Assembly: GCA_016234265.1 (NCBI GenBank)
Contig: JACRFW010000054.1
Location: 1 to 49,236 of the forward strand
Length of the DNA: 49,236 nucleotides
Reading direction: 5' to 3'
From: Candidatus Magasanikiibacteriota bacterium
GTDB lineage: Bacteria > Patescibacteriota > Patescibacteriia > Magasanikbacterales > GWA2-37-8
This document shows positions 33,456-42,614 of the stretch, piece by piece. A program made the position numbers and the translations under genes. The notes under the pieces are model-generated. The model saw only the letters and a program-made list of their open reading frames with translations, was not told the origin of the DNA and ran no database searches. Position 1 is the first letter of the stretch, and every line of letters starts with the position of its first letter.

Positions 33456-34118
33456 TTAACGCGTGAGCTTATGCATAACTAAATCGGAAATAATTTTGAG
33501 CCCGCCAGCAATGCCCTGCCCCATCTCATGATATGTTACTTCAACCGAAACTTCTTTGAAACGCAGGCCATGGGTTTTAATAGCGGCGGTGATTTCGGTA
33601 TTGTGCGCCATATGATCCTCCGTAATGACAATTTTGGCAAGAGCGCGGCGAGAGATGACGCGAAAACCATTGTGGGCGTCACTCAACCACAGTCCAGTGA
33701 ATACAAAATTTATCCACCGGCCAATCGGCAAAATGACGTACCGCTTCAGCCAGGGCACCCGGGAACGATTATCCAAAAGACGCGAACCGAGCACGATATC
33801 AAGATTTTCCTGCTCGATTAGCCGGAGCGCGGGGGCGATATCGCGAGGATTAAATTGTCCATCGCCGTCAAAATGCACGGCATAGCTCGCTCCCTCTTGG
33901 AGCGCGTACTCGTTGCCGGTTTGCAGAGCCGCCCCCTGCCCGCGATTGAGCGCGTGCACGAGCACGGTGGCGCCAGCCTCACGAGCGGTGGTCGCGGTAG
34001 AGTCGGTTGAGCCATCATCAACCACTACCACATCACGCCAGCCTTGTTCAAAAAGGCCGCGGACTACGCGACCTATGTTTTCCCCCTCATTATATGCCGG
34101 CACAATAATACAGACCAT
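33456..34118 (-). CDS. GT2 glycosyltransferase (polyprenyl-phosphate sugar synthase-like)
   Basis: IIVPAYNEGENI, VVVDDGSTDST and the DGDGQ (DXD-type) motif. Confidence 0.9.
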   Translation of the reverse strand: MVCIIVPAYNEGENIGRVVRGLFEQGWRDVVVVDDGSTDSTATTAREAGATVLVHALNRGQGAALQTGNEYALQEGASYAVHFDGDGQFNPRDIAPALRLIEQENLDIVLGSRLLDNRSRVPWLKRYVILPIGRWINFVFTGLWLSDAHNGFRVISRRALAKIVITEDHMAHNTEITAAIKTHGLRFKEVSVEVTYHEMGQGIAGGLKIISDLVMHKLTR

Positions 34119-34121
34119 ACG

Positions 34122-35153
34122 CTATGACAAAGGCTTAGCGTAATCGGTAAAAAGCAGCGATTCTTTGTGGGCGATGACGTAATCAATAGTTTTGCGCAGA
34201 CCATCTTCCAACCGCACCAGCGGAAACCACCCCAGCGCGTCTTTGGCATAGGCAATATCCGGAGTACCTTTACGACTCAAAAAGAGTAGCGGTTTTTCAA
34301 ATACGAGTTCTGAATGCGAATTGGTAAGTTCAATGATCTGCTTGGCAACATCGGCGTATTTAACAGCTTGGTCACCGCCCAAGTTCATTACTTTAACCTC
34401 CGGGTCGCTCCCCATGAGGCGCACCAGCCCATCAACCGTGTCAGTGACATAGCACAGACTGGTGGAAAAACTTTCATCGCCATAAATAACCAGGTTCTTA
34501 CCCTCCAGAGCGTTGATAATAAAGTCCGGAATCAGTTGTCTCTCAAACAACCGCATGTGCGGGCCATAGGTGGTGAAGACGCGGGCAATCTTGACTTCCA
34601 GCCCATGCACCTGCCGATAGGTTTCCACACAAGTTTCGGCAAAGCGTTTGCCTTCGTCGTAACAGGCGCGAGCGGAGAGATGGTCCACTACCCCCAAGTC
34701 TGTTTCTTTGAGGCCACTGCCAGTCTGGCTATCACCGTAAACGACCGCGCTGGAGGTGAAAAGATATTTCGCGTGGTATTTCACGGCCAAATCTAGCGTA
34801 TTGACCATGGCAGAGGAATTTGCCCAGAGTGATTGTAGTTTTAATTTTTCAAAGTCTTTCGGGTTAGTGGGACAAGCCAGATGATAAATCTCCTGGATGC
34901 CCTGGAATTTCACCTTGAACTTGTCCAGTTCATCATAGGTATCCAGATCAATCGGCTTGTTGACGTCATAGTTAATGAACTCAAAATCGGGATACTGTAA
35001 AAGATGGCTAATCGTGCTGGGATGCGAATTGGAAAAATTGTCAATACAGATGACGTTCGCCTCTTTGAGGAGACGTTCGCAAAGGTGCGAACCGATAAAG
35101 CCGGCACCGCCGGTCACGACCACGTTTTTTTTCTCAAAAATAGGGATATCCAT
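34122..35153 (-). CDS. SDR-family NAD-dependent sugar-nucleotide epimerase/dehydratase, UDP-glucuronate decarboxylase-like
   Basis: GGAGFIGSH Rossmann motif and the YDEGKR catalytic Y-x3-K. Confidence 0.85.
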   Translation of the reverse strand: MDIPIFEKKNVVVTGGAGFIGSHLCERLLKEANVICIDNFSNSHPSTISHLLQYPDFEFINYDVNKPIDLDTYDELDKFKVKFQGIQEIYHLACPTNPKDFEKLKLQSLWANSSAMVNTLDLAVKYHAKYLFTSSAVVYGDSQTGSGLKETDLGVVDHLSARACYDEGKRFAETCVETYRQVHGLEVKIARVFTTYGPHMRLFERQLIPDFIINALEGKNLVIYGDESFSTSLCYVTDTVDGLVRLMGSDPEVKVMNLGGDQAVKYADVAKQIIELTNSHSELVFEKPLLFLSRKGTPDIAYAKDALGWFPLVRLEDGLRKTIDYVIAHKESLLFTDYAKPLS

Positions 35154-35196
35154 AGATATATTTTCTCACTAATAATAACACCTAAAAACAAAGCGG

Positions 35197-37179
35197 TCAA
35201 TCAATTTTACCGTCAATTTTCGGGACAGCGACTGACGGCAGCAGGGCGCCTGATTCGTTGAACACGCCGAACACCCCCCCCTCCGGTTGAAACGGCAGGA
35301 GCGATGGACGAGCGCCGCCGGCGCTGGTCACAGCCACAACCTTCCAGGGAGAGCGCGCGGCGCTATCCTGAATCTCATCAAAACGATAGCTGCCGCTCGG
35401 CAAATCAAGCACCACCAAACTAACAGCGGAGTTGTCCCGGACAACCATAGCCAGCTCCTCACCGGACCCCGGCCAGAAATGGCCGATGGCCGAGGCCACC
35501 ACTACCTGTACCCCGGGGATGCTCGCCTGAAGCGCCTCGCCTTGATCGTCAAACGGCAGCTGATTGATTACAGCGACCCCCCGGCGCGCCACCATGGCAA
35601 CGACAGCGCGGCTCTCCGCGCTGACTCGCCAATCACTCACGACGGCGGCTACGCTCACTTCTTTCAGCTTTTTGCCGGCGCCATTGAATTCAATAAAAAT
35701 AGTTTTTCTGCTGCGCGTATCAAACTGCTCCACCACGGGGAAAATACCCTCTTCAGCCACAAAAGCGCGAAGGGATTTTGTCAGACGCCGCGGAGCAGCC
35801 GGCAGAACAAAATCACGGGCGATGATAGCCCCTTTTTCTGACAGTTGGCGGACAATAAAGGCGCGACCGCGTTTGAACAAAATAACTGCGCGTTTTTCGG
35901 TGCCACCCTGGCTTTGCGCCTCTCCGGCGCTGACAATTTCCCCGTCGGAAACGGCCGCCATCAGATCAACGGTGCCGTTTTTAACCGACCGACGCCATAG
36001 GGCGTGAGCATCATAATAATACAGCGCCCCATCCAAAGTTCTTTCCGGAGATTCCGCCTGATTGGCGCTCGCGAGCGCGCGTCCGACATTCAGCCGGCCA
36101 ACGCCGATTTTCCCAAGATAACCGGGGTTGGCGCTATCAATTTTATCGGCGGCATCTAACAATGTGGAGATGATGGCAGACGGCTGCCAATCGGGATGAA
36201 GACTCTTTAAGAGAGCGGCCGCGCCGGCCACCAGCGGCACAGCGAAAGATGTCCCTCTCCACTCACCACCAAATTCATAATTATAGCCAAATTGAGGCGC
36301 GTATCGCTCAGTGGAAAAAACCCCCTCACCGGGCGCGGCGATGTCAACACAACGCCCATAATCGCTAAAGCGACTCAAATGATCAGACGCGTCAACAGAC
36401 GCAACGGTGAGGAGCCAATTGACGCTGTCACCACTGTCAAAACAGGCCGGATAGAGCGGCGCGGTGTCCAGATCTCCCGAAACTTCCCGGCCGTGATTGC
36501 CGGCAGCGGTGACAATCACCACTCCTTTTTCATAGGCGCGGCGCAGAGCCTCCCGCAGAGCCCCCACCGGATCTTCGCCAATAAAGCTCATGCTGATTAC
36601 ATTGGCCCCGTTGGCCACGGCATATTCTACGGCGGCAGTTACCTGCCGGAACGACCCGGAACCGGAACTGTCAATAGCCCGCAGGGGCATAATGCGTACC
36701 CGCCAATTGAGGCCGGCGCCGTCGCGGCTATTATCACCAAGCGCGCCAATCAGCCCGGCAATGATAGTGCCATGACGCACCGCCTCCGGATCGTCCTTAA
36801 CATCAAACACCGACGTGCGCACGTTGTTATTGTTCTCAACAAAATTCCAGCCATTGACATCATCTACATATCCATTGCGGTCATCATCAAGGCCGTTGTC
36901 CGGAATCTCTCCCGGGTTTGCCCAAATATTCCCGCGCAGGTCGTCATGCCATGTGTCAACGCCGGTATCAATAACGGCCACGACCACCCGGCGGGAACCG
37001 GTGCCATAGTCCCAAGCCGCCGGAGCGTTTATCTGGTTCCACATTTTTTCCTGGTCACTATAGCGTGGATCATCAGGTACGCGAGCCAGAACCGGCCGGG
37101 GAAGGATGAAAATGATGAGCAAAAGCCCGATGAGGCCGGAGGTTGCTTTTTCTGCTACAATACTATATAATTTGCTCAT
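35197..37179 (-). CDS. S8 (subtilisin-like) serine peptidase with signal peptide and a ~330 aa uncharacterised C-terminal region
   Basis: The catalytic triad motifs are VIDTGVD, HGTIIAG and GTSFAVP. ATG at 37179 (MSKLYSIV...) is preferred, because a TGTTATACT -10 at 37190-37198 lies inside the longer track ORF. Confidence 0.85.
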   Translation of the reverse strand: MSKLYSIVAEKATSGLIGLLLIIFILPRPVLARVPDDPRYSDQEKMWNQINAPAAWDYGTGSRRVVVAVIDTGVDTWHDDLRGNIWANPGEIPDNGLDDDRNGYVDDVNGWNFVENNNNVRTSVFDVKDDPEAVRHGTIIAGLIGALGDNSRDGAGLNWRVRIMPLRAIDSSGSGSFRQVTAAVEYAVANGANVISMSFIGEDPVGALREALRRAYEKGVVIVTAAGNHGREVSGDLDTAPLYPACFDSGDSVNWLLTVASVDASDHLSRFSDYGRCVDIAAPGEGVFSTERYAPQFGYNYEFGGEWRGTSFAVPLVAGAAALLKSLHPDWQPSAIISTLLDAADKIDSANPGYLGKIGVGRLNVGRALASANQAESPERTLDGALYYYDAHALWRRSVKNGTVDLMAAVSDGEIVSAGEAQSQGGTEKRAVILFKRGRAFIVRQLSEKGAIIARDFVLPAAPRRLTKSLRAFVAEEGIFPVVEQFDTRSRKTIFIEFNGAGKKLKEVSVAAVVSDWRVSAESRAVVAMVARRGVAVINQLPFDDQGEALQASIPGVQVVVASAIGHFWPGSGEELAMVVRDNSAVSLVVLDLPSGSYRFDEIQDSAARSPWKVVAVTSAGGARPSLLPFQPEGGVFGVFNESGALLPSVAVPKIDGKID

Positions 37180-37189
37180 ATATCCGTCT

Positions 37190-37198
37190 AGTATAACA
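37190..37198 (-). promoter_or_regulatory. Extended -10 TGTTATACT
   Basis: The rc of 37190-37198 lies 10 nt upstream of the ATG at 37179, implying a very short leader. Confidence 0.4.
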
Positions 37199-37239
37199 CA
37201 AAATAAAGCCGGAAACCAAGCTAGACGGCAGGGTTCAGT

Positions 37240-38622
37240 ATGTATTACCGCATCAAACAACTTCTACTCCTCAGCGGCGACATCATCGCGCTCTATGCCG
37301 GGTTTTATATCGGCGTTGCTTTGCGCTATCAGGAATGGGCGCCCCGCGAACTTCCTACCCTCCTCCCGCCAATCAGCCAATTATTTCTCGGGGCGGTCGT
37401 GGTCTTATTCATAATCGGCCTCTACGACATCGGCCGAATAAAGAACTCACGGACGCTGTACCAAAAAATACTGCTCTCGGCGGGAATCTGGGTCATCTTA
37501 GCCATCGTCTACTTCTACATTAAAATCACGGCGCTCGTTACCCCAAAAACTACCTTGCTCGGTATCACGCTCGGAAGCTTCGGATTGCTCGCCCTCTGGC
37601 GCACCTTCTACAACCGTTTCCTTTCCACTGTCATCTGGCGTACCAGCATTGTCTTCGCCGGCGTGTCCAATGAGGTGGCCGAGCTGGCTCACTTGATTAC
37701 CACCGAACCAGAACGCGGGTTTGTCATTGCCGGGCTTATAGTTCCACCCCAAAAAATCATTCCCGTCTCGCTCCAGGCTTACCCGGTGGCGGAAACGCTC
37801 ACTGAGTTAACCAAGAAAAATAACGCCCACTATCCGGAACTGGTCGTGCTCAACCCGGCTTTGCGAAACAACACGTCGCTTCTCGCCGAGCTGTATCACG
37901 CCATTTTTCGCCAGATCACCATCCTGGATCTCGCCGAATTTTATGAAACTATGTTCCGGCGCATCCCGCCCTTTACCTTTTCCGAGGCTTGGTTTATCAC
38001 CAACCTCAAAGAACAGCGCCGCAAAATTTATGATCGCGCCCGCATCCTTGTTGATTACGCGCTGGCTCTCATTATGCTCATACCATTCGGGATTACTTTC
38101 CCGTTTATAGCGGCGCTCGTTTTGGCCACCTCCCCCGGCCCGGTATTTTTCAAACAAAAAAGGGTGGGACGGCTCGGCCGGGTATTCACAATTTATAAAT
38201 ACCGTACCATGCTCAGTCTGAACCCTGATGGCAGCGCCGAAACAGCCGGACCGCAGTTTGCGGAGGTCGGTGACCGCCGCGTTACCGCTGTCGGCCGGCT
38301 ACTCCGCCGCACGCGACTGGACGAGCTTCCGCAGGCGCTTAATATCCTGCGCGGCGACATGAGCCTGATCGGCCCCCGACCGGAACGGCCGGAATTTGTG
38401 AAACAATTGACTGAAGCGATGCCATTTTACACCGTGCGCCACCTCGTGAAACCTGGGCTCACCGGCTGGGCCCAGCTCCAGCAGGCCTATTACGGCGACA
38501 TTGAAGAGAACCTCTACAAGCTCCAGTACGACCTCTACTACATAAAAAATAGAAACTTTTTCTTTGACGCCACAATCCTGCTCAAGACGGTGGCGATTAT
38601 TGCCCGCTTCATGGGGCGATGA
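37240..38622 (+). CDS. Polyprenyl-phosphate glycosyl-1-phosphate transferase (bacterial sugar transferase, WbaP/EpsB-like)
   Basis: PGPVFFKQKRVG...YKYRTM and DELPQALNILRGDMSLIGPRP motifs, plus N-terminal TM helices. Confidence 0.9.
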   Translation: MYYRIKQLLLLSGDIIALYAGFYIGVALRYQEWAPRELPTLLPPISQLFLGAVVVLFIIGLYDIGRIKNSRTLYQKILLSAGIWVILAIVYFYIKITALVTPKTTLLGITLGSFGLLALWRTFYNRFLSTVIWRTSIVFAGVSNEVAELAHLITTEPERGFVIAGLIVPPQKIIPVSLQAYPVAETLTELTKKNNAHYPELVVLNPALRNNTSLLAELYHAIFRQITILDLAEFYETMFRRIPPFTFSEAWFITNLKEQRRKIYDRARILVDYALALIMLIPFGITFPFIAALVLATSPGPVFFKQKRVGRLGRVFTIYKYRTMLSLNPDGSAETAGPQFAEVGDRRVTAVGRLLRRTRLDELPQALNILRGDMSLIGPRPERPEFVKQLTEAMPFYTVRHLVKPGLTGWAQLQQAYYGDIEENLYKLQYDLYYIKNRNFFFDATILLKTVAIIARFMGR

Positions 38623-38624
38623 GG

Positions 38625-40253
38625 TCACTGCTTCAGCGCCGCTTCCATCAGCCCGACGAAAAGCGGATGCGGAGCAAGCGGACGGCTCTTGAACTCCGGG
38701 TGGAACTGAACGCCGATAAAATACGGATGATCTTTGAGTTCAACTATCTCAACGAGATTTGTTTCCGGATTCACTCCGACAATATCAAAACCGTTTTTCT
38801 CCAGTTCCGAGCGATACTTGTTATCAAATTCATAACGATGGCGGTGGCGCTCGCCAATCTTCAGTTGGCCATAAGCCTGGTGCGCCCGGCTGCCCTTTTT
38901 CAAATCGCAGGCATAACTGCCCAGCCGCATCGTGCCGCCATAGCGGTTCTGGTTGATATTTTCTTGCTGATACGGATTGACGTTGATAACCAAGTGTTTT
39001 GAATTTTTATTCACTTCCACCGTGTGGGCGTCGGCGTAGCCAAGCACATTCCTGGCAAATTCAATACACGCCAGTTGCATGCCATAACAGAGGCCGAGAT
39101 ACGGAATTTTTTTCTCACGGGCGCACTGGATCGCTTTGATGATGCCTTCAATGCCGCGCGTTCCAAACCCGCCCGGCACAATGAGCGCGTCAAAATTTTT
39201 AAGCTCCTCAACCCGCTGCGGATCTTTTTCATAGTTTTCGGAATCAATCCAGGTCATCTCCGGCTGAACGCCGTTGGCCCAGGCGGCATGTTTCACCGCT
39301 TGAATGACGGAAATGTAAGAATCGGCCAAAGTGAAATCGCCAGTGGCAAAGTATTTGCCCACTACGGCGATTTTGACCGTCTTTTTTATCGTTTCCATCT
39401 TGCGCAAAAAGACGTCCCACTCATTACTTCTCTGTTTAGCATCCAATTTTATTTTCAAACGTTTAGCCAAAAGCTGTCCGAAATTTTGTTTCTCCAAAAC
39501 GCCCGGGATCTCATAGATATTTTTCACGTCCGGCGCCGAGACGATATTCTCCGGTTTCATCCAGCAAAACAGCGCTAATTTTTCTTTACGGGGCTTGTCT
39601 AAAGCATATTTGCCGCGGGCGATGATGAAATCGGCCTGCAGACCGGCGTTGTTTAAAGTGCGGGCCGCGTGCTGGGTCGGCTTGGTCTTCATTTCGCCCA
39701 AATGCGACGGCACCGGCATATAGCCCACCAGCACAATCGCCACATCATCCGGATTATCAAGTTTCATCATCCGGGCGGCTTCCAAAAACAAAATATTTTC
39801 ATACTCGCCCACCGTGCCGCCGACCTCCACTACCATCATCTCAGCGTTAGTATGCTTGACAGCTTTTTTAATTCGATCAATGACCTCAAACGGTATATGC
39901 GGCACCACCTGTACGCACTTGCCTTTATAATACATGCTGCGCTCTTTTTCTATAACACTCTGATAGACCCGGCCGGTGGTCATGTAATTGCTTGAGAATA
40001 AGTCAGCTCCCAGAAACCGTTCGTAGTTGCCCATATCCTGGTCGGTCTCGTCGCCGTCTTCGGTGACGTATACCTCACCATGCTCCACCGGGTTCATGGT
40101 GCCAGCATCCACGTTGATATACGGGTCAATCTTGATGGCGGAAACTCGTTTGCCATAATTTTTGAAAATCCGGCCGATAGAGGCCGTGGTAACACCTTTG
40201 CCAACGCCGGAAAGCACTCCGCCAATAACGAAAATATATTTAGTTTTTGACAT
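38625..40253 (-). CDS. pyrG: CTP synthase
   Basis: N-terminal KYIFVIGGVLSGVGKG and the GATase motif GLCYGMQ. Confidence 0.97.
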   Translation of the reverse strand: MSKTKYIFVIGGVLSGVGKGVTTASIGRIFKNYGKRVSAIKIDPYINVDAGTMNPVEHGEVYVTEDGDETDQDMGNYERFLGADLFSSNYMTTGRVYQSVIEKERSMYYKGKCVQVVPHIPFEVIDRIKKAVKHTNAEMMVVEVGGTVGEYENILFLEAARMMKLDNPDDVAIVLVGYMPVPSHLGEMKTKPTQHAARTLNNAGLQADFIIARGKYALDKPRKEKLALFCWMKPENIVSAPDVKNIYEIPGVLEKQNFGQLLAKRLKIKLDAKQRSNEWDVFLRKMETIKKTVKIAVVGKYFATGDFTLADSYISVIQAVKHAAWANGVQPEMTWIDSENYEKDPQRVEELKNFDALIVPGGFGTRGIEGIIKAIQCAREKKIPYLGLCYGMQLACIEFARNVLGYADAHTVEVNKNSKHLVINVNPYQQENINQNRYGGTMRLGSYACDLKKGSRAHQAYGQLKIGERHRHRYEFDNKYRSELEKNGFDIVGVNPETNLVEIVELKDHPYFIGVQFHPEFKSRPLAPHPLFVGLMEAALKQ

Positions 40254-40266
40254 ATTTTTTTTAGAA

Positions 40267-40293
40267 AAACATCCCGATTCAGTCGGGATGTTT
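40267..40293 (-). terminator. Intrinsic terminator after rplI
   Basis: An 11 bp stem aaacatcccga/tcgggatgttt with loop ttcag is followed on the minus strand by TTTTTCTAAAAAAA. Confidence 0.55.
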
Positions 40294-40745
40294 CAGTTAT
40301 TTTTAGTGGGCGGAGTTATAACCACGCTCACGGTCGCTTCCAGGCCGTGCCGGAATTTTATCTTCACGGGGAAAGTGCCTGCTTCTTTGAGTGGTTTCAT
40401 AATGATTTGCTCGGGAGTAATTTGGTAGCCCGCTTTTTTGAGCGCCTCGGCCACTTTCACCGCGGTGACCGCGGCGTAGAGGTGGCCAGCTTCACTCACT
40501 TTTTCTTTGAGTTCAATTTCTTGGCCTTCAATTTTTTCGGCCACCTTTTGCTGAAGACTTAAATCGCGTTCGGCTTCCTTGGCCACCCTTTTGTGCTTCA
40601 GGGCCAAATCGTTGGTGGCTTTTTCCGATGCCGGCACTGCCAAATGGCGCGCAAACAAAAAATTCCGCGCGTACCCGTCAGCGACCTCTTTGATGTCATC
40701 GGCCCGCCCCACTCCGGGCACGTTTTGTAACAAAATAACTTTCAT
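40293..40745 (-). CDS. rplI: 50S ribosomal protein L9
   Basis: [30 protein letters not shown] is the canonical L9 N-terminus. The track start at 40751 is GTG. Confidence 0.9.
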   Translation of the reverse strand: MKVILLQNVPGVGRADDIKEVADGYARNFLFARHLAVPASEKATNDLALKHKRVAKEAERDLSLQQKVAEKIEGQEIELKEKVSEAGHLYAAVTAVKVAEALKKAGYQITPEQIIMKPLKEAGTFPVKIKFRHGLEATVSVVITPPTKNN

Positions 40746-40817
40746 AGCCACCCTTGCACTGTTTTGCTATTTCCCGTAATATGATACTACGATTTAATGG
40801 AATAGGCAACTGGAAAT

Positions 40818-41687
40818 ATGACAACCAACCAACTAATTCTCAAGAGCGGCATCATCACCCTAGTCGGCCGATCAAACGTGGGCAAGTCCACCCTTTTGAA
40901 CACCCTCGTCGGCACCAAAATCGCCGCGGTGACCGACAAACCGCAAACCACGCGCAATGTGATTCACGGGGTGCTTAACCATCCGCGCGGACAAGCGGTC
41001 TTTGTGGACACCCCGGGCGTGTTCAAAGAGCATCACAACCACCTCACAGCTCAACTCACCGAAAGCGTCAACGAATCGCTCCGTGAAATTGACCTGGCCA
41101 TTTATGTGGTTGACCCCACCAGATCTATCGGCGCGGAAGAACGCGCGGTTATGGCCATGCTGCGGCGGCTCACCATTCCCAAAATATTGGTAATCAACAA
41201 AAGTGAACTGCCAGAGAGCGAGAAAGAATTCATTGAAGACTACCGGGCCATGGCGCCAGACTTCGCGGCTGTGTTTGAACTCTCGGCCCTGCACCACCGC
41301 CATGTGGAACCGCTGATTGAAAAAGTGTTTGACCTTCTGCCCGCGGGCGAACCGCTCTACCCGGAGAACCAACTCACCAATGTTGATAAAAAATTCTGGA
41401 CGGCGGAAATTATCCGGGAAAAAATTTTTCTGGCCTTGCGCAAAGAGGTGCCCTATACCACCCATGTAGAGGTGCTAGAAATGGAAGAAAAACCAAAAAT
41501 TTTCGTCATCAAGGCGGTGATTTACACCTACGACCGCCGCTACAAACAAATGATCATCGGCGCGGGCGGGCGGGCGATTAAAGAAATCGGCATCGCCGCC
41601 CGCAAAGAACTGGAGCAGGCCACGGGCAAAAAAGTCTTCCTGGAATTAGAGGTGGAAACCGATAAACACTGGATGGAGAGGGTTTAA
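40818..41687 (+). CDS. era: GTPase Era
   Basis: G1 GRSNVGKST, G3 DTPG, G4 NKSE and a C-terminal KH domain. Confidence 0.95.
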   Translation: MTTNQLILKSGIITLVGRSNVGKSTLLNTLVGTKIAAVTDKPQTTRNVIHGVLNHPRGQAVFVDTPGVFKEHHNHLTAQLTESVNESLREIDLAIYVVDPTRSIGAEERAVMAMLRRLTIPKILVINKSELPESEKEFIEDYRAMAPDFAAVFELSALHHRHVEPLIEKVFDLLPAGEPLYPENQLTNVDKKFWTAEIIREKIFLALRKEVPYTTHVEVLEMEEKPKIFVIKAVIYTYDRRYKQMIIGAGGRAIKEIGIAARKELEQATGKKVFLELEVETDKHWMERV

Positions 41688-41707
41688 AAGTTATCCACAT
41701 TTCTCTG

Positions 41708-41736
41708 TTGACGACAGCGCTAAAAAAGCGTAAACT
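41708..41736 (+). promoter_or_regulatory. Promoter-like TTGACG-17-TAAACT immediately after era
   Basis: Hexamers at 41708-41713 and 41731-41736 are separated by a counted 17 nt spacer. The site would transcribe the structured AT-rich segment and the high-GC ORF. Confidence 0.3.
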
Positions 41737-41849
41737 TTTGATTATGTTCGTTTTATTTTCATTTTTTGGCTTATTTTAGCCAAAAAATGAAGAAACAACA
41801 CGTACTTTACAACTTAATCACACCCCAAAAAGTCTCCACAAAAAATCCA

Positions 41850-41903
41850 AAGACTTGGGATATAGGCGCATTTCGCAAGAATTGCTTCAATATCCCAAGT
41901 CTT
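41850..41903. other. Perfect 14 bp inverted repeat with a 26 nt spacer
   Basis: aagacttgggatat (41850-41863) and atatcccaagtctt (41890-41903). The spacer contains a small gcaa/ttgc stem. It could be an RNA hairpin or a protein-binding site. Confidence 0.5.
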
Positions 41904-42001
41904 AAAGAGTCGGGATTTCCACCGGGCACCCGCTCGCCGATTCGCCTTGACCAAGGTGGTTGAGGTAATTACGTGGAAAAACCACGAGGAGTACCACCAC
42001 C

Positions 42002-42487
42002 ATGAACACGTCCTACTTCGTCCTGCCGCACAAGCGCTCGCCCAAGGCCCTCACCGCCCTCGTCCTCGCCACCACCGCGACCGGCGCGAAGACCATCGAC
42101 ATGAAGGACCCGAACACCATCAAGGCGTACGGGCGGATCGCCGCCATCGAGCCGGCCGTCGCGTACCTCGCCCGGAAGCGCGGCAAGGTCCTCGCCACGG
42201 CCGCCGACTTCGAGACCATGCTCCAGGAGATCCGCACGGGCAAGCTCAACTGCCGCGAGCGCGCGGGCATCGCGAAGATCTACGACGCGCACGCCAGGAT
42301 CGCGAACCTGCAGGCGAAGGGCCTCGAGGGCATCACCGGCGAGAACTTCCGGCCGTCCATCGCCCTGCGCGAGGCCGCGGGCATGAGCACCTGGGGCGAC
42401 GACAACCAGCAGGTGAACGAGCGCTTCAGCGAGTTCAAGGAGGTCGTCGAGGCGTACTTCGCCACCCAGAAGGAGTTCGTGAACTAG
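42002..42487 (+). CDS. Foreign-looking hypothetical protein (161 aa) with 100% GC3
   Basis: ATG has a GAGGAG SD 10 nt upstream. I read all 161 sense codons and each ends in G or C. No family recognised (MNTSYFVLPHKRSPKAL...EAYFATQKEFVN). Confidence 0.7.
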   Translation: MNTSYFVLPHKRSPKALTALVLATTATGAKTIDMKDPNTIKAYGRIAAIEPAVAYLARKRGKVLATAADFETMLQEIRTGKLNCRERAGIAKIYDAHARIANLQAKGLEGITGENFRPSIALREAAGMSTWGDDNQQVNERFSEFKEVVEAYFATQKEFVN

Positions 42488-42544
42488 GTCCGCGGGGGAC
42501 CAACGGGGTGTGATAACATCTACAGCAGCTCGTAAAGTGCTAAC

Positions 42545-42569
42545 GGTGCGGAGCCAAGGCTCCCGCACC
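42545..42569 (+). terminator. GC-rich hairpin downstream of the high-GC ORF
   Basis: ggtgcggag...ctcccgcacc, with one bulge and no U-tract. Confidence 0.3.
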
Positions 42570-42614
42570 CCGTCTCATCTTGATCTTTGAAACCAAAGGT
42601 CGTGAATAGACGAT

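Noticed and set aside
36292-37170. 292 aa plus-strand ORF antisense to the S8 peptidase gene. Similar cases are 35287..35841, 42698..43441 opposite ctpA and 40872..41465 opposite era.
   Set aside because: The opposite-strand genes carry catalytic motifs. These are shadow ORFs.
21397-41699. Two perfect DnaA boxes TTATCCACA (21397-21405 and 41691-41699) plus box-like halves at 1741-1757, considered as a possible oriC
   Set aside because: The boxes are isolated single sites ~20 kb apart. There is no cluster, no adjacent AT-rich unwinding repeats and no dnaA or dnaN nearby. Two hits are only modestly above chance (about 0.4 expected). They may be DnaA regulatory sites at most.
41766-41963. 65 aa ORF (or 58 aa from the ATG at 41787) in the AT-rich segment upstream of the island
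   Set aside because: It has no SD. It spans the sharp compositional boundary at ~41910 and contains the perfect 14 bp inverted repeat. Non-coding structure is more likely than a protein. Coding cannot be fully excluded.
41947-42568. Track ORFs 41947..42513 (+, 188 aa) and 41969..42568 (-, 199 aa), both long and Arg/Gly/Pro/Ala-rich
   Set aside because: They are shadow frames of the high-GC ORF at 42002-42487. Only the 42002 frame has G or C at every third position and an SD-ATG context. Long stop-free alternative frames are expected in such GC-rich DNA.
42488-42600. Possibility that the island is an integron cassette with an attC site downstream of the ORF
   Set aside because: I found no RYYYAAC/GTTRRRY core pair and no imperfect attC-type palindrome, only a simple GC hairpin. 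No integrase is present in the window.
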